DNA of 64,000 nucleotides from Utricularia gibba (GCA_002189035.1 NEEC01000008.1:744001-808000); one strand, 5' to 3'. Shown: positions 44,140 to 58,362, numbered from the stretch's first letter. Notes: generated by a model not told the origin, from the letters alone. Program-made: numbers and translations.

Positions 44140-45481
44140 AACCAATTATACAATACAATGTATTTTATTATGTTAGTCTCTAAGAATGCAGGTCTTGTTT
44201 GATACGAATGTTAAGGTTCCTTACCATGCATTTTAAATTAAAACTCTATTTGGTAAGAGTTTAAATTAAAACTCTATTGTATTTCCACAACCTTATTTAT
44301 CTAAATATGTATGAAACAGATTTTGATGTATTAAGCTAAATGTAGGAGGGCCTACATTTACTCTAAGAATCTCTCATTATTCCTATTTTATACCTCCAAT
44401 CACCACAATTCATCTCTTATTATTTAAGTCTTTCCTCAATAAAACATGGTGCCTATTGTTATCAACTATATTCAATCACATATCTTTAGGTAATTATTTG
44501 TATTCTTTGATTTTTTTTTGCTAATCGTCGTATCTTCAAGTAGATGATACAATTACTATTATCATTAGAAAAGATGATTATAGCAGACAATATATCTATT
44601 ACGAAATGGTTTCATCTTCTTTAGATTTCACATGAATTTATTCAATTTATCATTAGAGAAAATCCTAGAAACTTTGATGAACTTAATTGGAAGAATAAAG
44701 CAAATAATTGTAAAAAGTATTTAAATAATAATAAAGTTATTTTGGATAATTTTTACGAAATTATTTATTTAACAACAATATATCAATCACAAGATATTAT
44801 AAACATTCATGTTTATATATAATATTATCATATGCATATTCAATCTAAACAACAAATGTTTATTTATCTAAACAATAATAATCTTAACAAACTGTAAACT
44901 AAACAATCCTATCAAATTAGACGGCAGTTATTTAGGTTTCTTGTTGGTAAGAATACTTTTTTTGTTGTTGTACGAAGTTTTGTTTTTTTAGCCATACCCA
45001 CTTCGTTTCCATAGCTCTCAGCCCCTAGACCCCCTTTTTCGCGTATCCTGTCCGAGAGACACCCTTTCTTACGATTAAGCAGGGGAAGATCGGGTTTCGA
45101 AGACTCTTTCGCCGGGATTCTTCTGAATTCCCCGCTCTAAATATTGGAACATTCAGTTTTTTCTGCTTAATCACAAGTTCTTCGAACCGGGTACGCGAGG
45201 TTTCTCAACCCAAGTATCTGTGTTTGCATACGATCGTGCCCCTGCGTGATTTGTTTGAAAGATGTTGGGGTTAATTATATTGTAGCATTGCTAAGTGACC
45301 AAATCTTGTTAGAAGGAATGCTTACCGAATGCAATTAGTTCACATGCTTTCAGCCCCATTTTTCTTATAGAACATCACATGGTAGTTGATACATGCTGTG
45401 CCGTGTATGCTTGTCATTTCTGCCGCTGCCTATTTATTTATCTATCAACCATCTTACTTGCAGTTGGACGGGGGACTAGCC

Positions 45482-46543
45482 ATGGTCAATGCCATTAAAG
45501 GAATGTATATTTCCTGGTGAGGTTTTACCTTCTATTTATGCTACAAGTTGAAGTCTTTCCCTTTTGTCATGTCTCAAATTTTTCCTCGCGGATATAAAAT
45601 CTCTGGTTAATATATGTTCAATGAGTTTTCGTTGTGGTCATGTGAGGAAATCCTACCATGTTCGAATCTCCATATTTTTCTTGTTAATACATGTACAGAA
45701 GTCTCCGTGCCTTCATCTCTGCTTATGTGAAGATCTTTGGTTAACATGCTCATTCTGGTTATCTGACGATGATCCTTGCCGTGTTCAAGTCACCATATTT
45801 TTCTTACTCTCGTTAATACACAATATATGCTCTTCTCTTGGTTATGTGAAGGTCCCAAGTTAACAATTTCATTCTGGTTCTGATCCTTATTTTATTCTGG
45901 TTAATGCATGTACAGAAATCACTATTTCTTCTTCTTCTTCTTCTGATCATGGAAGATATCTGGATAACATGCTCATTATGGTTATTTGAGGATGATTGTC
46001 CCTGGGTTCGCATCTCATTGTGTTTTTTGAGTTAGTAGAGATTCCTCTTCTGTACTTCTGGTTATGTGAAAAGCTTTGGCTAATATGTTCATGCTCTAAT
46101 GTGAGGGTGATTCCATGGCCGACACTTTGTTTTCTTAGTTCCTTTTTAAGTTTTAGGTGGTACAAGTTCAAGAAAATCCTCTGCTTCTTCCTCTGGTTGT
46201 TGAAACTCATTCATTCTGCTGAATCTTTTATTGTAACTGATGCACCTGATGTGAAGCAGCCTATGGATGCTATGATCTGAATGTGATTTTTTTGTGTTTG
46301 TTGTTCATTTGCAGCGATATTCCCATGGCGCAGTACATCATCCACATGAATAATTCACTCCCACAATCACAAAGATTCATAATACATGTCCTGGACAACA
46401 CGCATCTCTTTGTGCGTTCTGATGTGGGAGGCATGATAAGAAGCGCCATTGCAACCTTCAGAGAGCAGAATACCTATGAGAGGCCTTTTCAGCTGATCGA
46501 TCAACTGTGCCTCCCAAATCATGCTCGCGGCATTTACAAATGA
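45482..46543 (+). CDS. TFB5: TFIIH subunit TFB5/GTF2H5 (2 coding exons)
   Basis: MVNAIKGMYISC|DIPMAQYIIHMNNSLPQSQRFIIHVLDNTHLFVRSDVGGMIRSAIATFREQNTYERP. The C-terminus is longer than usual (see findings). Confidence 0.9.
45590..46100. repeat. Degenerate tandem repeat array (~110-140 bp units) in the TFB5 intron
   Basis: A recurring (C/T)TGG(T/A/C)TAA(C/T)ATG(C/T)TCA core near 45601, 45736, 45959 and 46074, plus a duplicated GTTAAT.CATGTACAGAA near 45682 and 45898. Confidence 0.6.
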
Positions 46544-46915
46544 AGAGCAGATTCAGGCATCAAATTTCTGATCGACCACCATGATATACAATAAGAAGAA
46601 TTGTACTGCTACTCTAAGAAATTTCAAATGTGGTTCCATGGTTCAGTGAGGGTGACAGACAACCTTTCACCATCTCTTCAGTGGCAATTGCATATCCTAA
46701 GCTTTCAATATATTTATTTCCAAACCTGGACCAGGTTAAAGGAGAATGACATGTTGCAAACAACATAGAAATGTGAAGACAACTCTAAGAATGCATCGTC
46801 TACACCATGCTTACTACTTGGTTCCAAGGCAAGACATAATTACAAACACAGCTGCATGTACGGTAGCCAACATATGACCCAGAAGAAGACGAACCGACCG
46901 TGGATACCCAATGAG

Positions 46916-49900
46916 TTATATCTGAAGGTCGTCCAGTGACAGTTCATTTGAATTCATGAGCTTCATTTTCTGTAACCAAACAACGCCAGCAATATTAACT
47001 TTCGGGCACCGTAAGCTAGGGGACTGCAAATTTGCTTAATATGCAGTCAATTCTGAGAGGTATCACTAAAAGAATGGAGTTTTGTACCGTAATAAACTGA
47101 GCGGGGTCATCAAGGCTGGATGAGCCTAAAACAATTTCTCTATTCAGTTTTGCTGATAACTTATGACAAACTCTTAGCTGCAAACACATCAGCCGATACG
47201 CTGTCAACCACTTAACAACAGCTAAGTTGATGAATTTGCAAATTTTGATTCATTACCTCAGAGCGTGTTGCACCACCAACTATGAAAATGAAAATCCGCT
47301 GACCCTTCTTGAAACCACTGGAGGCATGCTTTAATACTGAATCACTGTACGGAAAGACAAATGCACTGTGAGTTAACCCTGAGTGATTTAGTGGAAAAAG
47401 TAAATAGATATGGAACATCACAAAGGAACACGGCATTATAAAAGATACCTTGAATACCCATCATCAGAGGTTCTAGGCCGTGCCCATGTTGCAGTTCGTC
47501 TTGATCTCATCGATTGTGGAGCGGCTGTTGTCTCATTCCTCAAAGATGAGGATACAGATGTTGCATGAAAAGATGGACTGGGATCATTCATACATGGATA
47601 GTCATTCTTTGGAAGTTCACCTTTACTAAGCTTTTCAATGAGCTCCTGATAGACCACATGTTCATCAGTAGCCAGGGCATAAAATGTGAGTCCTCCAGCT
47701 GTCTATTGACAACTATTTTTTATGTGGAGCAGCCACTTATAATACAAAACAGATTAAAGATATTTAAGATTTTTTCTTTCACACCATAGTGTCCAGCAAA
47801 GATTCTCCCCAGCTTTCAAATACCCAAAGTCATTGGAAGCAATAAAAATGCAACGCAAATGTCTAAATGACACTCATTTACCTCTATTATTGGGTAAAAA
47901 CGTGACAATTGCCAGACCACTTCTTCACCAGGACGGTCTTTACGAGCTGCATGTTTCCTCTGGCACCAAAGAGAGGAATGAAAAAATAGGTAGAAAAACA
48001 GAGGGTTTATTTTGTTCATACACAACTATATATTCACAATAACGTTAATGGCATGCCCATTACCTTATGAACATCAAACTTAAGTGAAAATGGTGATGTA
48101 GATTTCTTCGTTATGGAAGGAGCCTCAAGAAATCTCATATTGTAGACAGCATTCATATCATCCGGTGGTAGTCTAGCCAACTGCACCAGTTGCATCCACA
48201 TATATAATAGCTAAACATTAGCCCATCAAGTAGTGTCAAAAGGAGTTTAAATTTCAATCATCACCGGAACAAAAATCCTAATTCCAGTTACATAAGCAAT
48301 CTATTTCGCCATGTTAAATGTTATTGCTGAAGTATAACTACAAGCTTTGCCAAAAGTAAGGGTACAGTGCAGTAGAATTCAAGCTTATAGCACTGCAAGA
48401 GCTCAGCACTAATTTTGATGAATGGTCGGAAGAGATGTGCATGACAGTTGCTGAAGAACAGCAAGTCAAATTTTCGTATGCAATGAACACATGGATTTTG
48501 ACAGAGATGAACGCAAGGTTGCACTTAAAATATATCTTGCATGGAAACTTGGAAATGCAACCTTACACACTGGTTTACTAACCTCCATTAATTTTAAGAT
48601 TTTGTCATCCTCAAACTTCTCTGGGTTAAGGGCCGCATAAATCATCAATATTCGCAACTTATTTTCACGGGAAACATCCTGCAAAAAGTAGAGAATGAGA
48701 CAAATGCTTTATGGAATGTTTCAAGAAACAATGAGTTTCACCTCTCTTAATCTGAGAAAATTAATGAGGTCTTTAGTTCCTGCATCTCCAAAAACAAGAT
48801 CCTGCTCGAGTTGACCAATAGCTTTCAGATTCAACTCCGCAATAATTTTGTTGATCCGATTGGCTATCTGAAGAAAATTTTCCAGAATTAAATCATTGCC
48901 ATGGGAAAGGGCTAGACAAGAACGTAGTACTAAACAGCATAACAAACTTGCGTTACTCAAAGAATCACATATGTATATATAATAGGGAGCGTCCAATACA
49001 AGCTGCTATCACATAAACGATCTGATGAGTTCTTACATCTAATCAAATGTTACCATACCTACAGCATTTCTTATACTTTCAACAATGCATCTGAGACATA
49101 CCTTTTGCAGATAATGACTTAATAAAAGGGAACTCAAAAAGGAGAGAGATTAACCACATAGTAAAATTAGGTACCCATTGCTAATTAAAGGTTGATACTT
49201 TACAAAAAATGATGATTTTACAAAAATAAATAAATAACGTTGATTGAAACTGACAACTCACATCAATATGTAGGGACAACTTCTCAGTTTGTTCACGATA
49301 TTGAGGCAACGCTTGAACAATCTTTTGCAATTCTCTAGTTGATAAATTGTCACCACCTCTAATATTTCAAAAGGGAATAGAAAGATGAATGAGCCACATC
49401 AAAAAAAAAAAAAAAAGAAAGAAAAAAGAAAAAAGAAAAGAAAAGAAAAACAAAAAAGAAGCTCAGATAAATATACATAGGATATCTTTTGAAAGTAACC
49501 ATAGTTTGATGCATAAAGATACACAGAAAATCTTCAACATGCGATTGGCACTTTGGTGTTCAGAGATAAAATATACAAAATGCATGCAGGATATGATCCC
49601 CTTAATCCAGTAAAAATGATTTTTACAGGACCCTCCAGCGACTATTTAAATAAAACTAACCAAACAAATGGTGAGAATTTATATAGCCCAAAGATATGTT
49701 ACGCCATCATTGTTCCCCAAATACACATTCAGCTAATTAAACTGAAAAACAAGAATGAAAGCAAGAAAAAACGAGAGCTATTTAACTTGATAAAGATTCA
49801 AGACCAACCCTAGCCACGCAAAAATGGCTGCCCAATAGCATTTAGTTTAAGAGCATTTCACTTTTCTTGCATATCCAAGCGCTAGTCCTCCAAATGTACG

Positions 49901-52776
49901 TTAGCTTTAATTATATATAGTGCACCACAAAGAAGAATTAATATCTCTAATGCTGTGAGCCAACCTTGATGCATGAATTTGAGCAGCTTTATTCTTAGAG
50001 AGGAAATTTTTCATCTTCTCATCCAATTGCTCACTAGCCTGACACAGTTAACAATAACCAACATAAACTTTTGGTGGATTGTGAACTCTCTAGAAGTGCA
50101 AGGCGGTTTTAGCTTTCCATACATAACCAATATGTTCATTCCGCAGCTCCACCCAGATAGGGTCATGATCTTCAAGAAGGACCTCCTTCTTCTCAGGTAA
50201 ACCACCACTTGAACTTGGAACCTATGGGAATCAATAGGTGAATACTAGAAATCACGCGTGAAGCAAGACATGCACAATAACTAGGGTAAAGGAATAATGC
50301 AACCTTTCAGACAAATTAAGTACCTCATGGGTGTATTTATTACCCTCCATATTCAACAAATCATGACACATGGCATCGTATGTCCATTCATGTATAATTG
50401 GAGCAATCTGAACCGATCCATACATAAGCATCAAATGATTTAAAATAAAAACTCCAGAATCAATGGTTAAAACCTGGTCTATTGATCTGTCTAGGATAAG
50501 AAGTTCACATGTCTCCGACTTTGGGAAATCTTGTATATTTGTTTTATATTTCATCAGACAGTTCCAAATTCCAGCAGCAAGTTTTGTGGGAATTAAATCT
50601 CGGAAAGTTGTCATTGTTGTTGGATCAAGGGATTTGGCACCTCGGTACCGCACATATGGAAACTCCTGTTGTGAGAATGTGATAAGACACTTGATTATAT
50701 CAGCTATTGACAGACTATCAACAAAAAGTAGACCCTGGATCCATACCCTCAACGAAGCAAACACTGTAGCTATCCGTGTAGCCATCAAGTTTAGGCATGC
50801 ATCTCCTTTTCGAGAGCCTTCTTCATTTCCAAATAGTTCCTCAAGGGCCCTCTCATTGTCAGTTAAAAATCCCTACAGTTCGTGCTAATTCTTGAAGATA
50901 TTTTATGGTATAATAGAATGTAAAATTTACAAATTTAAGCATGCTCAGTGAAAGGTAGCAGTATAGGCACAGAGTAGCAGAGAAAAAAGAAACATCAACA
51001 GCAGCACACCTGGCTATCTATGGTGAGATACTCCAAGTTCACCTGCACAATTTCAAGATCCAGCATTAGAGGAAGACAACCTCAAGCTACATTAAATTTT
51101 AAAATGGTAAGAAACCACCTCTCTCAAGGCGCTTAGCCTAGATAAGACACTTCCATTTCTTTTGATGTGATTAACCCACTCTCTAGAAATAGATGAGCTG
51201 AAGAACACAAAAGCTCTGAAATAAAGGCAAAACCCACAAGAGTTAGTTGGTTGATTAAATTGGGAAGAAAAATTAGTGCAAACACTTGACGTACTTCCTG
51301 TACAATGGTGATTTTCCAGACATGTCCGAAAGGAAGATGTCAATGCTGCAAATTGATTAAAAAAAGAGAGTTGTAACATCAACAAAAAAGCCAGAAAGAA
51401 CAACTTCTGCTAATATTGGAAGCAATGCTATAACCCTATCTTGACTTAAAAACATGCCACTTAATACTATGGTGCCTTTTTCATTAGCTTGGATACATGG
51501 TACACTAAGCAAATTACATATGGGCCTAGTATGTGTCTTCTTCTAACCAAACAGTGTCCTCTGGATTAATCTTTATTGTCTAATTAAATTATACTTTGCC
51601 TTTCCAATTTTTCAAAATTCATTGCACAAAATTCTTTCGACCTCTTTAAAGGCCTACTGATATTCATTCATATGTTTTCCAGACGAAGATGTAAATGCCA
51701 CCCCATATGCAAAAGAATATTCCAAGATAAACAAAAAAACGTAGAAAAAAAAAAGAAATAGCAAGAGAGACGGAGAGAGAGAGAGTGAGAGATAGAGAGA
51801 GAAGTGGGGACGATAGATTCTGCATACTTTTCTTTGGTTGGTGAGATGAAGTAGATAGCATCCATTGTTGGTAATGGTTGCCTTCGTTTGTGTATGTCCT
51901 CCACCACTGCAAAGTGTCCAACAAGGTTACTCTTTTCTCAAATTTCCACGTAACTAAAAATTCCTACATGTGAATGCAGGACAATCTTCTTAGATCTAAA
52001 CGTATTATGTGTCAATCCTAGACATCTAAAACGCTCAGGGCACAATTTGGCTGGTAAAGATGCAATAATCCAAGTCCCTAAAAATCAGGTATAAAAATGA
52101 AATTTTCTAAGGCTTCAGACTAGGCATATATTTCTTACATGAGACCCCTTCGTCTGTTATATCTGCCATCTTGCAGGAATATGACATTACTTTTAATGTC
52201 ACCTTGTCCATGATGAGAACCTTAAAATTGACATAGTAATGTGAGATACTGGATATTGCATGATTTCCAAAGAGTGGATACACAAAAATCAGTTAACCGA
52301 TTCAAGGTTATGTTCAAGGTCTTTCATTAACTGGTTTGCATTAAAAAGGAACACATGAAGAAACACCTGTTACATTATTTAAGACGAAAAAAAAGGTTCA
52401 ATGTGTTACTACATTGTGGCCATCTGCTTTGTGGAATGTCAACGTATACATATTGTTTCCATCAATTCCAGCACATATAAAAATTTTATCTAATGCAGAA
52501 ATAAGTGAGGCTTTTGATTCTCATACCTTCCAACTTGACCTTGAATCCCCAGATTTTGTTGATCGAAGCATTTCACATAAAAGCCCTGTAAATAAAAAAC
52601 AACAGCCCATTTATTAAGATATAGCGAGCTTGAAAATGAATCATTTGAAACATCCAAGAATCAAACTAAATTCTCACTGCCATTAAGCACAAAAAGCACT
52701 TACTATCACGGGTAATTTGGAGAAAACTCTTGTACTCAGTCCCCTGTGAAGATGTGTCTGAATCAGACATCGACAT
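46916..52776 (-). CDS. SEC1: SEC1/Munc18 SNARE regulator, KEULE/SEC1 clade (about 20 exons)
   Basis: [131 protein letters not shown] and [21 protein letters not shown]. Confidence 0.94.
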
Positions 52777-53568
52777 GGTATGAACTCAGTAAAAGCAGCA
52801 ACCCTGCATTTCATTCCAAGTCAAGCCAAACATGAGCATCATTCACTTATGGAAATGGAACCCCGCGTAGGATATCGAATGGATTTTACTTGAAACTTAC
52901 TTGCAAAAGATATTGAAGCAAATTTCGCCTCGTTCCAATTTGTTTAAACAGATACCGCTAACATGGAGGTGGAAGCTATTTTAAAGGTGGGATCAAACAG
53001 GCACGAAGATAACTTTCTATTCTTCACAGAAAAGTTTTTACTAGTCTAACAGAGAATTCTGAACGCTTTGACTAGTCTACGATAGACGAAAAAAGGGGTT
53101 GATCTACAGCTTCTTGGAAACCCGAACCGCCAGTTCCTCCCGCCCGAGGGGCGGAGTTGCGAAGATCACCATAACAACGTCTTTAATGATCCGAAATCTA
53201 TGGATGATTCCACTTCGAAATTCAGTCTCCCTTCGATTGCGTGGCTTATCGCATAGAAAGTGATCGTAGTTGCTTCATCGCCGTTGCCGGATGCCGGAGC
53301 TGGAAGGGAGGAATCCTCGAGGAGTTTGGGTGAAATCCGACGGAAGACGTGAAGATTTTTCTTGTTGGGTGATGAAGAAAATGCAGAAGAATTATATTTT
53401 TGAGAAATAACTTTTTCAATTATAAATCGACTTTTTAAAAAGACAAAAAGAATTAATTGTTCCCGGCCGGTCCGAGAGAACCGCCAATGTCCCAAGCTCA
53501 CGGTTTAGCCGGGGGTTCAAGTTCCCGCATAGCTTCGTTTTCATTCGCCGTTTCACGGTTTGGGTTCC

Positions 53569-55536
53569 ATGTCCACTGCAACGATGCTGAGGTCGATGCT
53601 CCGGCCGACGATTCATTTGGAAGTACCCAACAATTTGATAAGGTTGTTCAATCGCTCTCATGAATCATGGCTTCCGCCGCCGATTGGAATCGGGGCTCTG
53701 CGCTGCGTAGCCACCAGCTCCGGCGCCGAGGATAAGAAGTCACCGGCTCGGATGGCTGAGATTCAGCGGCTGCTTTATCAAGCTGAGGAGCGGTATAAGG
53801 CTGCTGGAGGTGGTCTTCAGCCTATTCCCAAAATAACACTCGGTATTGGCTTCTCCTAGACTTAGTTTTTCACTCTGATTTCGAAAAGATTCCTGATTTG
53901 GGTATAGGGGTTTGTTGATTTTTAGTGGATTCTGTGTCAAAAGTGGGTTATGCTCCCCTGGCGATTTCATAATAAAGCCCTAGTGAATAGTTTTTGTTGA
54001 AATCCTATATATAGGCAACAGTGTTTTGTGAAAATTAGCAGAGATGGAGCGACAAGAGCCCATCTTTAATTGCTGGTAACAACAAGATCATGCCTTTTTT
54101 CTTTTTACATTCTTGATTTGGTAAATTTCCTGCTAGGTTTTTGCGTATTTCTTCACTTTGTCGGTGTATAAAACATGAGACCATCCATTTGTCTGCAACA
54201 GATAGATTAGGTCATGCTTCAACTGTTTAGCAGCCTCATCTATTGTATCTCTCATGCAGAACATGTTACAGTCGGCTATGCGAGAAGCGGTGGTCCTGGG
54301 GGGCAGAATGTCAATAAAGGTGCCTGGTGGTTCATCTTTTATCTATGCTGTTGAAATTGTTAGCCTTTGTTGTTCTGAAGGCTGTAATATATCTTGCTTT
54401 CCTGCAGTTAACACCAAGGTTGACATGCGGTTTAATGTGAAGAACGCGCACTGGTTAAGTGAGCAAGCGAGGGAGCGTATTATGCTAATGGTGAGTTACT
54501 TTTTTCTTGCCTTAGTGTTTACGAGTTGGGATGGCGTATTCTGCTTCTATTTCGTATATCAGGGGATGTGACATCAATGTTTCCATTGTTTAAAGCTTGA
54601 AGAGGTACCACAGTGCCTCTTAGATTTATTTTAAAGAATGAAAATAAATAGTTTCCCATCTCTTCTTCTCTTTTAAATAAGCCTCGGGCATATGATCATA
54701 AAGACGTTTTTTCAGTCCTAATATATGGTACTTACCACCCACTTCAGTTTTATAGTAAAAGTGTTCTGATGCTGATTACTCACTTTGTTGTTGTTGGCTT
54801 TGAATGGTGCCATTTTTTCTCGGTCAGAACCTAGTCTGTAGTATAACTTGAGATCCTTACGGACTGCACAGAATCATGATTCTGCTTATTTAAAGACTAA
54901 ACCAAGTTCTTTACTTTCAGGAGAAAAACCGCATCAACAAAGATGGAGATATAGTGATTTCTTCAACGAAGACTAGAACTCAAAAGTGAAGTCTTTAACA
55001 AGATGCATTTGTTACAATCTTTCCTTACTAGATTTTCCGGAATCATTGCTTATTGTGTGAGATTTCCGGGAATCATTTCAGGGGTAATGTTGAAGATGCG
55101 CTGGCAAAATTACAGGTACTGAGTAATCAAAAAAAGAAGTTACAGGTACCCTTGGACGAGTCCAATGTATTTTCTGTTATAATTCCTTTCTAACTGATGC
55201 GGTTGCATTCATTCCATCCATCTCCTTCTCTGAGATCATGCCTAGCTTTATGAAACCCTCTGTCATATGCACTTTTCACAATTCTCAGGCAATCATCGAT
55301 GCCGCATCCTATGTTCCACCACCCCCTTCTGAAGAAACTGTCAAGAAGATAGCGAAGCTGTAAGAAACTCCGTGGACCATGCCATCGTTGTTTGATGTAG
55401 TTTTTCCATTGCTGCAACAGCATTCCTCTGTTTCTGAACTTGTAGGTCTGCTCTCGGAGAACAGAAAAGGCTGGACAAGAAGAAGTCACAATCCCAGAAG
55501 AAGGCCCTCCGGAGGAATAAAGATAGCTGGGATTGA
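53569..55536 (+). CDS. Organellar ICT1/ArfB-like peptidyl-tRNA hydrolase (class I release factor family; 7 exons)
   Basis: Transit peptide, then PKITL|EHVTVGYARSGGPGGQNVNK (GGQ motif), VNTKVDMRF, EKNRINKDG..SSTKTRTQK, AIIDAASYVPPPPSEE and a basic tail KRLDKKKSQSQKKALRRNKDSWD*. Confidence 0.92.
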
Positions 55537-55843
55537 CACAGCCTGGGGGGTTCCTTGCTTTCTATGAGCAACATTTTGTTAAATATTGATTAAATATATG
55601 CGAATTTAATTTCTTTTTCGGAGTTTAATTATTTAAATCGTGCAATGTGAATTTAATATTTATTGAAAAAGAAAATCCAGCCCTTTTTTGTTTCATTTTA
55701 ATCTTTATCCAAAGGCAGATGCTACTAGAAACTCCATCTTGTCCCCGGACTCATTGTCGCTTGCGAGTCACTCCACTCTTGAACGTGGATTAGCTTCGAG
55801 CTCGGCGGTTGGATTTGTTCGTGAGGGATTTCCTGAATCGGAA

Positions 55844-57841
55844 ATGGACCTGTCGAAGATGAAGCAGCTGCGGCACTTCATCTAACAGTGCGAAGCCAAG
55901 CCTTCAATATTCGCGGATCCCTCTCTCTCATTCTTTAAGAACTACATCGAAAAGTTTGGTAGTGTGACACTGCCATTTGAACTGCGTTGCTGCCCTTTAT
56001 CTGTCTGTGTTTGCAAGGCCTAGTTGTGCGGATTGGATGTGTTTCGTTTATTTGCTTATTGATATCTTTATGTTTTTTTCAGTATAGGAGGCAAGGTAAC
56101 TTCGTCTGGGACTTGAGGTTTTGCTTCTCCAAATTTCAGTTTTTACCCAATAATTAGCATTTTCTTTTTTTGAGGATTGTGAAATATGACCCCTGCTTTC
56201 CTCTTTTGCTTTCTATACTTCAGAAGTCGCCATTGGTGGATGAGGTTGATGATCACATGGATGATCCTGAGGAAGAGCTGGAAATAGTTGAGACTGATGT
56301 TGAACTTGATGAGAGTGATGTTACTCAGCCAGATGATGACCCTCCTTAGAAGGTGGGGACATGACCGTTTAGATCACTGAAGAGAACAAGGGTGCTTCAC
56401 AGGAGGCTAAAATGGAAGTCATCTCCGATGGTATGATTCGATAGGTAACTTGAGGATGCCATCGATCATCTACCAAGGCTATTACTCTGAATCCAACATC
56501 TGCAATAACGTATGCAACCCGAGGTAAATTTACCCCAAACACCCTACTAAGTGTGACTTCAAGGGTTATCAATTTTGTGTATGTTATGGTGTTCCTCCGT
56601 GTTTACAGCTAGTGGTTACATTAAAATGAAGAAACCAAATGCTGCAATTCTGGATGCCACAACTGCTCTTTAGGTTGTCCATCTAAGACGTCATTTTTTT
56701 TGTTTTTTTATGGCATCACTAAATTTTTCATGCAAATATTGATTCTTCTTGTTCAAATTTTTCATCGGCTTCTGATGAAATAATTTCTTGCAACCCTGTC
56801 TATTCCAAAACTTTTTGCCTAATTCAGTGGCTATATTATTCCTGTAATCATTCTGGAAATAAGCTTCAGTTTGTCTGACAAACTTTCTCATGTCACCGGA
56901 GTATCCTCAATACTATTCCGCTGTCAGCAATGCCACATTTTTGGAAAACACGTCTCATGAATCATTTTCACGTAGCTGAATCCTGACTCTGCCAAAGGGT
57001 ACAAGTCTCGTGGTGTTGCTCGAGCAATGCTTGGAGACTGGGAGGCTGCCAAGGATGTTTCATATTCTTCCAACACAATGCACATAAGATAAAGGTGCAC
57101 CGCACCGTAGGAAATATGATAGGCTTCGAAAGGAAAGGGATAAACGGAAAGCTGAACGGGAGAGACAGCATCGTCGTGCTTAATCAAAGGTAAAGGACGT
57201 AGCGCTTTAGAACCTGCCTATCTTGCCATTGAATTGAAGGTGAGTTGCTGTATTAACATTTCAAGGCTGCATATGAAAGGTCTAAGAAAGAAGAGCCGTC
57301 GTCTGCAAATAAAAAAAAAAAAAAGGAACCTCATTTTCAGGTGGTATCCCTGGTGGATTCCCAGGTGGCGGTATGCCTGGAGTTTTTCCTGGTGACACTA
57401 TGCCTGGAGGATTTGATTATGGCAAAATACTGAATGTTAGCATGGGGGCTCTTTGGTTATTATCTGTACTCACTGCAGATTGGCGTTCCTGATAATTTTA
57501 GCAATATTGCAGGATCCCGAGTTGACGGCTGCATTCAAAGATCCGGAAATTTTTTTTTAATGGCAGTAATCCAAGATGGTTAGCCTTCCTTTGTTGTTCT
57601 GTCTTGTTGCATGCTAATTCTTGTGTTTATTCTTACATGCCAGAGCACTTGTATGATCAGCCCCAGCTTAGTTACTAAGATGCCCGTCTTGATGCACCAG
57701 TCTTGCATTTCTTACTTTTTCAAGTTCTTTGTTTCGTTCGCAGTAATGAAGAACCCCGCGAACCTAGCGAAGCACCAGTCAAACCCCAAGGTGGCACCGA
57801 TTATTGCGAAGATGATGGCCTCATTTTCTGCATCAAAGTAA
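55844..57841 (+). pseudogene. HIP1: Hsp70-interacting protein (HIP/ST13, FAM10) pseudogene that retains introns
   Basis: Recognisable N-terminal domain, acidic DVELD segment, TPR repeats (NPDSAKGYKSRG), GGMP repeats and STI1 domain (MKNPANLAKHQSNPKVAPII). In-frame stops at 55883, 56347, 56370, 56671 and 57181, frameshifts, a 14-nt residual intron (56431-56444) and an internal deletion. Confidence 0.9.
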
Positions 57842-58230
57842 TTGAGCGAAACTGCATAGGCTGATAATCATGCGTCGTATGAATGAATAGAGATTTCCAA
57901 CTCCAGTCCCTGAACTCGCCTGCCACCAACCTTCTGACATGGGCATGCTTTAAAGGGCTGTTGTATCCGAGCATTTCTGTGTTGATTTAGTCTCAATCTC
58001 AGATCGAGTATGCACAGTTCTTGAACCGTCTTGCACAAAAAGCATCTGTTCTTTCTATCAGAAGCACGGGGAATTCATCACCAGTGCAGAGATCATTTCC
58101 CACCTAAATCGAAGTGCAGTTGGTTTTGAACTCACACAAGGGTGACGACACTCGGACGGCAGCATTATTTTGTAGTTGGTTTCGTTTTGTTTCTTTTGGT
58201 TTGTCTTCTTTTGTTTCAGGGGGAAGTGAG

Positions 58231-58362
58231 CACGTGAGCGTGAGATGAGCCTCAACTACAAGTTTAGGAAAATGGGCATCGTCCCTGTGCTACTTTGTCC
58301 GGACATGGAACACCGGGACACGTGCTGATCGCTTTTTTGCCGGGGCCTTGCATGCTCTATAT
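58231..58362 (+). promoter_or_regulatory. MFT proximal promoter: two G-box/ABRE motifs, an RY element and a TATA-like box
   Basis: CACGTG at 58231-58236 and 58319-58324, TGCATG (RY, reverse) at 58349-58354 and TCTATAT at ~58356. This fits the known ABA/seed regulation of MFT genes. Confidence 0.55.

Noticed and set aside
53500-53530. tRNA T-loop/B-box-like GGGGGTTCAAGTTCCC
   Set aside because: No A-box, acceptor stem or anticodon arm; it lies in the short divergent promoter between SEC1 and the ICT1-like gene.
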